NCBI GenBank assembly: GCA_019058015.1
Contig: JAHLWH010000238.1
Span: 1-22,061, forward strand
Reading direction: 5' to 3'
From: Promethearchaeota archaeon
Lineage (GTDB): Archaea > Asgardarchaeota > Lokiarchaeia > Sigyniarchaeales > SOKP01
Length of the DNA: 22,061 nt
Shown here: one piece after another, positions 17,585-22,061 of the stretch
Layout of the letters: each line of letters starts with the position of its first letter
Position numbering within the stretch: position 1 is the stretch's first letter
Notes under the pieces: generated by a model
The model's database searches: none
Seen by the model: only the letters and a program-made list of their open reading frames with translations
Told to the model about the DNA's origin: nothing
Position numbers and translations under genes: made by a program

Positions 17585-18043
17585 CCAAAAGTAATCTAAT
17601 AGACAGTTTGCTGTTTTTAAATAAATTATAAGATATATCCCAGAAATTAATCCAATTATTGCAAATAGACTGAATTTTAATTCTCTACTTATGATAATAC
17701 CAACTTATTTCTTGAAAGTAATTAAGAATTTTTTAAATTTAATTTTTTTAACTCTAATAAATTTCTCTAACATTTAATAAAAAAAGTGAATTATTTAAAG
17801 GTTTGAATTGCTTCTTAGAGTTTAATAATTATTTTTGCATATAATTCATCAATACCCTCAAAAATTGGTTTTAATCTTCCAACCCTCTTTAAGATTTTTC
17901 TACTCATTCTTATTTTTTCTTTTAATAATTTTTTATTCGTTATCCAGTTTGTAAAGTAATATTCAATAAGAAAATATACTTATTATTTATTGATTTGAAT
18001 TAGAAATTAAATATCTAAGAAATATGGAATATGGTATATTTAG

Positions 18044-18940
18044 ATGTCAGATGAAGAGCAAAATGAAAAAAATAATAAAAAATTTGATGAATCTGAAGAT
18101 GAGGAAGAGCAAGATACAGGTCTTAAAGCCTATATGAAAGAAATGGATATTCTTTCAGAAGATTTTTCTGATTTAAGTGATTTAGATATGGAAGAGTTGC
18201 AGGATATTAAAGAAGCTATTGAAGAAGTTAGGAGAGGAAAATTAGAAGGAGAAATCTCAGAAGATCAAACAGAGGAAGCAGCAGTCTCTGAGGAAATATC
18301 CATCGAAGATTCAGAGTTAATGGCATATTTCAAGGAAAGAGAACAATTATCCCAAGACTTTACAGATATTCAAGAACTTGATTTAGATGAATTACGGGAC
18401 ATGAAAGAGGCAATAGCAACAATCAGAAGTGATGCTGAAAAGGTAGATTCTATAGAAAAACCAGAACATCATATTTCAGAAGGATTAGAACAAAAAATAC
18501 GATTAGAATTAGAAAAAAGGAAAGAAATTCAAAAAAAAAAGGAAGTAACAGTTGAGGATTTTCAAAACTATATTAAAGATAAACGTGAAAAAATTTGGTA
18601 TCATTCTTTATATCATCTTGTGTTCGGGACGGAAGATCACAGCGCCTTAAAAGAGGGATTATATGATTTCCTAAAGGAGGTAACAAGTAAAAGCCCATTT
18701 GATGATATACCTCAACAACAATTTTATTTTGGGATAGGTTATCTCCTTAGATTAAAATTATATGATAAAGATATTATAAGATATAAAGGAGGGAAATTCA
18801 AAATAAATGTTAATGTAGATACTTTAAAGAGAATTTTAGAAGAAAATGGAGAGCCTATAAGCCGACGCCCAATTATACCAAAAGATGAACAAGATAAAAT
18901 GATCTCAGATTTTTTAAAAGATGATTTTGAAGATATTTAA
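18044..18940 (+). CDS. Hypothetical protein: acidic N-terminus with a 37-aa internal duplication and a globular C-terminal domain
   Basis: 298-aa ORF, strongly D/E-rich in the first half. Repeats at aa 27-63 and 92-128. No family recognised. Confidence 0.85.
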   Translation: MSDEEQNEKNNKKFDESEDEEEQDTGLKAYMKEMDILSEDFSDLSDLDMEELQDIKEAIEEVRRGKLEGEISEDQTEEAAVSEEISIEDSELMAYFKEREQLSQDFTDIQELDLDELRDMKEAIATIRSDAEKVDSIEKPEHHISEGLEQKIRLELEKRKEIQKKKEVTVEDFQNYIKDKREKIWYHSLYHLVFGTEDHSALKEGLYDFLKEVTSKSPFDDIPQQQFYFGIGYLLRLKLYDKDIIRYKGGKFKINVNVDTLKRILEENGEPISRRPIIPKDEQDKMISDFLKDDFEDI

Positions 18941-18988
18941 TTAAAAATCTAATTAATAAAACAAACACTTTTTATGTGAAAATAATTT

Positions 18989-19639
18989 ATGACTTCTGAG
19001 GAACAATTAAAGCCTGTTTTGATAATTATTGGAAATTCTAATGTTGGAAAGACTAGTCTTACACGTTATTTAGCTAGTAATCCCAAAAAATTTAAGGGGA
19101 AAACTGGAAAAATCCCCGGTACTACTTTATTATTAAAAAAAATTCAAGACCCTTTGATGCCCTTTGACATTTTGGATTTACCAGGTTTCGGGTTTATGAA
19201 GAGAACGAGTAGAAGAAGAACAGAACATATAAAGAAAATGATTATAATCCATATAGAAAAACATTTTAAAGAATTCTTTTTAGGAATCGTTGTAGTAAAT
19301 GCCCTCAGGATTAGGGATGAGTTGGAAAAGTGGTTTTATAAAAGTGAGGAGACCATACCACTAACGTTTGAATTTATTGATCTATTCAAAGAATTTAATA
19401 CGCCAGTATTGGTTGTATTAAGTAAAATTGATAAATTAAATACAATTGATAGAAAGAAAACAGAAACATTCTTTCTTAATAGTGCTACAAAATTTGGTCT
19501 AAAACTAGTTAAATTCAATGAATTTAAAGGTTTTAATGGTGATATTTTTCCAGTTCTTATGACTTCTGCTCTTAAAAAAATTGGTATTAAAGAATTGAAA
19601 GAAATAGTTGAATCTCAGCTCAAAAAAATTACTCCATAA
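18989..19639 (+). CDS. engB: EngB/YihA/YsxC-family GTP-binding protein
   Basis: G1 GNSNVGKTS, G2 PGTT, G3 DLPGFG, G4 SKID and G5 TSALK in a 216-aa single domain. Confidence 0.85.
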   Translation: MTSEEQLKPVLIIIGNSNVGKTSLTRYLASNPKKFKGKTGKIPGTTLLLKKIQDPLMPFDILDLPGFGFMKRTSRRRTEHIKKMIIIHIEKHFKEFFLGIVVVNALRIRDELEKWFYKSEETIPLTFEFIDLFKEFNTPVLVVLSKIDKLNTIDRKKTETFFLNSATKFGLKLVKFNEFKGFNGDIFPVLMTSALKKIGIKELKEIVESQLKKITP

Positions 19640-19876
19640 TAGTAGTATATAACAAAATGGTTTAATAAAATTTGTTTACATTATTTTTGAAAATAATTAA
19701 AAAGCAAATACTAACAGTGCAAAAAAATTTTTTACTAATGAATTTTATTAAATAATTTATCTCATTCTTATTTTATTCATTTTAAGGGAAAAATTTAAAA
19801 TCAAAAGATCAAAGAAAAAAATAAATTAATCTATTTATATTTTGGAATTATTTCATATCTCTTTCAATTTTTTAAT

Positions 19877-21157
19877 TCAATTTTTTATTTCCATACTATT
19901 AGATTTCCAATTAACACCGATTAGTACATCTCTACTTCTATGATTTTCGTATAAAATAGGAAAATTTCCTAAATTACTTATTTTTTCTGCGAATTCTTTT
20001 ATATCTTCAAATTCTGGAAAGAAGAATTCGAGATCTTTGGAAGATTTTAGACGTTCTTTAATTAATAACGCTTTAGCTTGAAGTGTAAATCCTTTAATAT
20101 CTAAAAAGTTAGGATTTGCTCGTTTTATAATTTTCAAATATTCATCTATAGACTCACGCTTAAGATTTAAATTTTTAACTCCAGTTATTCTTAAAACGGT
20201 TCTACACGGTAAAGAACTGAGTAAATCCATTGTTTTCATGATCTTTTTCCATCCATTTCTAATCATAGGTCTGCAAATTTTTTTATAAGTTTTTTCATTT
20301 GAGGCTGGCAAAGAAATATATAATTGAGAGGGATAATGCTCCATTGATTCGATTTTCTCAGGGAACGTGCCGTTTGAAACAATAAAAGTTGTCATTTTTC
20401 GCTTTTTAAATTCTACCACAAAATCAGAGATTAAAGGATATAAAAAAGGTTCTCCATCAAGTGATATTGCTGCATGTTTTGGATTCATTGATTCTTCATG
20501 AACCTTTTCAATTTCTCTTAGAGTTGTGATATTTTTATTTACTAAAGGTTCAATATCCATATCAAACTTTATTTGTCTTTTGATGCTTTTGTTTATACAA
20601 TAATGATTTATATCACCCTCAATATAATCTAAAAATCCCATATTTTTTAATAATACCATAGCCCGATCTATTTTGGTTTTACTGGTATCTATTATTCTTG
20701 ATATCGATTGAATTGATTCAGATTTATTATTTTTGAATAAATATTTCAGAATTTCAATCATAATGTTATAATTGTCAATGTATCTTTTTAATGATAAATG
20801 ATTTTGAATAAGATTTTTTTGATGTCGAATCATTTCATTAACCAATTCCTTGGGTCCATCTGGTACAACATTAAAGGTAGACCCCAATGAACTCTGAAGA
20901 TCTCGCCAACAAAATACACATTGATGATTACAAAAAGGAACAGATGGCGTATTTTGTAAGCATAAATTACTTTTTATACCAAAAATACCCTTATAACAAT
21001 TTTGATTATCTCTTCCGGTCATTAACCGCTGTTCTAACCAGTGACATGGTTTTATCGCCGAATGTTTATTATTTCCAACAATACGATAATTAGATTTTAG
21101 GTAATCTTGTTTAAATTGCTCCGATATTTCATTTTTCCATTTTTTTTCTGTGTTCAT
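19877..21157 (-). CDS. taw1: 4-demethylwyosine synthase Taw1/TYW1 (radical SAM) with an internal insertion
   Basis: HSAIKPCHW, CYK (Schiff-base Lys), GIKSNLCLQNTP, radical-SAM CNHQCVFCWR, PKHAAISLDGEP, TTFIVSNGT, SQLYISL and PNFLDIKGF. Confidence 0.93.
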   Translation of the reverse strand: MNTEKKWKNEISEQFKQDYLKSNYRIVGNNKHSAIKPCHWLEQRLMTGRDNQNCYKGIFGIKSNLCLQNTPSVPFCNHQCVFCWRDLQSSLGSTFNVVPDGPKELVNEMIRHQKNLIQNHLSLKRYIDNYNIMIEILKYLFKNNKSESIQSISRIIDTSKTKIDRAMVLLKNMGFLDYIEGDINHYCINKSIKRQIKFDMDIEPLVNKNITTLREIEKVHEESMNPKHAAISLDGEPFLYPLISDFVVEFKKRKMTTFIVSNGTFPEKIESMEHYPSQLYISLPASNEKTYKKICRPMIRNGWKKIMKTMDLLSSLPCRTVLRITGVKNLNLKRESIDEYLKIIKRANPNFLDIKGFTLQAKALLIKERLKSSKDLEFFFPEFEDIKEFAEKISNLGNFPILYENHRSRDVLIGVNWKSNSMEIKN

Positions 21158-21160
21158 CTA

Positions 21161-21196
21161 ATTTAATTTAAGTATTTAAAATAATTTAAATTAAAT
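21161..21196. repeat. 11-bp inverted repeat ATTTAATTTAA-N14-TTAAATTAAAT in the divergent promoter region upstream of taw1
   Basis: Arms 21161-21171 and 21186-21196 are exact reverse complements. They are all A/T, so function is uncertain. Confidence 0.45.
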
Positions 21197-21262
21197 ATTT
21201 TAGAGAAAAAATGAATATTCATAAATAGCCTTAAAATTAAAATCTAATCAAATGTGATTATA

Positions 21263-22061
21263 ATGGTTGAAAAAATCAAATCCGGTTTACTTAATTTGGG
21301 ATTAAAATTCATCTCTATTGAAGAGAAATTATTCCGAATGTTTATAGAGACTTCACCAACTAAGGTTAATGAGATTGTTATTTTACCGGCAGTAAAGCTT
21401 GTAATGGAAAAAGTCGTTAAAAGATTAAAAAATAAAATAAAACATGGAAATGTCTATAATGGTAAATTAGGTGACGTAGAAGTTAGTGTAATCCAAAGTT
21501 TAATAGGTACTCCTTATATTGCTGAAAAATTGGAGTGTTTAAAATTTACAAAATGTAAGGTGATTATCCGAACCGATTTTTGTGGTGGATTAAATATTCC
21601 TGGTAGATCAATTGAGCCGGGAAAAATAATAATTCCTGAGAGTGCGTTCTGCGGAGATGGCGTGTCCCCCTATTACATTCTGAAATATTATGAAGAACTT
21701 AAGGATTTAGAATTTATAAAAAATCCTATTGAAGGAATATGTAAAATTAAAGCAGGAAACGAGAGGATATATAAAATATCTCCATCAAATGAGCTGAATG
21801 AAATTTTATTAAATACTGCTGAAAGTTTATATTCAAATAAGATATTAACCGGACCAATTTGGACTACTGGTGCTTTATTTTTGGAGACGGATGACATTGC
21901 AAAATCTTGGATAAAAGAGGGGATTATTGGAGTCGATATGGAAAGCTCTTTATTGTTTTTGTTAGGTCAATTATTTAATATTAAAACAGCTTCTGTAATT
22001 TCTGTCTCAGATGTAGTAGGACATGAAAAATATGATATATTTAAATCAAATTATATACATC
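21263..22061 (+). CDS. Nucleoside phosphorylase family protein (PNP/UDP-1 fold), 3'-truncated by the window edge
   Basis: Not in the ORF track because there is no stop in the window. Manual translation from ATG 21263: MVEKIKSG...VYNGKLGDVEVSVIQSLIGTP...IIRTDFCGGL...IIIPESAFCGDGVS...GPIWTTGALFLET...GIIGVDMESSLLF...ASVISVSD. Confidence 0.85.
   Translation, partial: MVEKIKSGLLNLGLKFISIEEKLFRMFIETSPTKVNEIVILPAVKLVMEKVVKRLKNKIKHGNVYNGKLGDVEVSVIQSLIGTPYIAEKLECLKFTKCKVIIRTDFCGGLNIPGRSIEPGKIIIPESAFCGDGVSPYYILKYYEELKDLEFIKNPIEGICKIKAGNERIYKISPSNELNEILLNTAESLYSNKILTGPIWTTGALFLETDDIAKSWIKEGIIGVDMESSLLFLLGQLFNIKTASVISVSDVVGHEKYDIFKSNYIH

Noticed and set aside
17705-18043. Long AT-rich intergenic regions (also 14716-15004 and 19640-19876) as ncRNA, CRISPR or replication origin
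   Set aside because: No GC-rich stems, tRNA-like folds, regularly spaced repeats or ORB-like G-strings were visible; they are consistent with promoter and terminator spacers. A covariance-model search would be needed to exclude small RNAs.
19863-19887. 12-bp direct repeat TTCAATTTTTTA at the taw1 stop, and possible TGA (selenocysteine) readthrough
   Set aside because: Only two low-complexity copies. Readthrough would add only a few residues before another TGA, and the enzyme is already complete.
20528-20797. Taw1 insertion as an intein
   Set aside because: No N-terminal C/S splice block, no C-terminal HN-C/S/T and no LAGLIDADG motif; the pattern fits an HTH. infB also shows no intein-sized insertion.
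16489-21897. ORFs 16489-16674, 19336-19518, 20887-21093 and 21688-21897
   Set aside because: Each is antisense to a well-supported gene (EF-2 paralog, engB, taw1, nucleoside phosphorylase).

Overview
AT-rich archaeal chromosomal window of mostly housekeeping genes. It is most likely from an Asgard archaeon (Lokiarchaeia-like); this is inferred from a eukaryote-like STT3/AglB, archaeal aIF5B, class I CCA enzyme, Taw1, a divergent EF-2 outside the ribosomal-protein operon, and GAGGTGA-type RBS and BRE/TATA signals. Gene order: two small two-helix membrane proteins, a hypothetical, truA (-), an unannotated 50-aa ORF (-), a 1288-aa STT3/AglB with five C-terminal beta-rich repeats, uvrB-uvrA, infB (aIF5B)-cca, an EF-2 paralog with an altered diphthamide loop, a membrane/zinc-ribbon protein (-), an acidic internally duplicated hypothetical, an EngB GTPase, taw1 with an inserted winged-helix-like domain (-), and a nucleoside-phosphorylase-family gene cut by the window end. 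I saw no RNA genes, CRISPR arrays, mobile elements or clear defence system. The best candidates for novelty are altered architectures of known enzymes: Taw1 with an HTH-like insertion and an inverted repeat over its own promoter, the extended AglB, and the EF-2 paralog. All calls come from manual motif reading, with no database searches.
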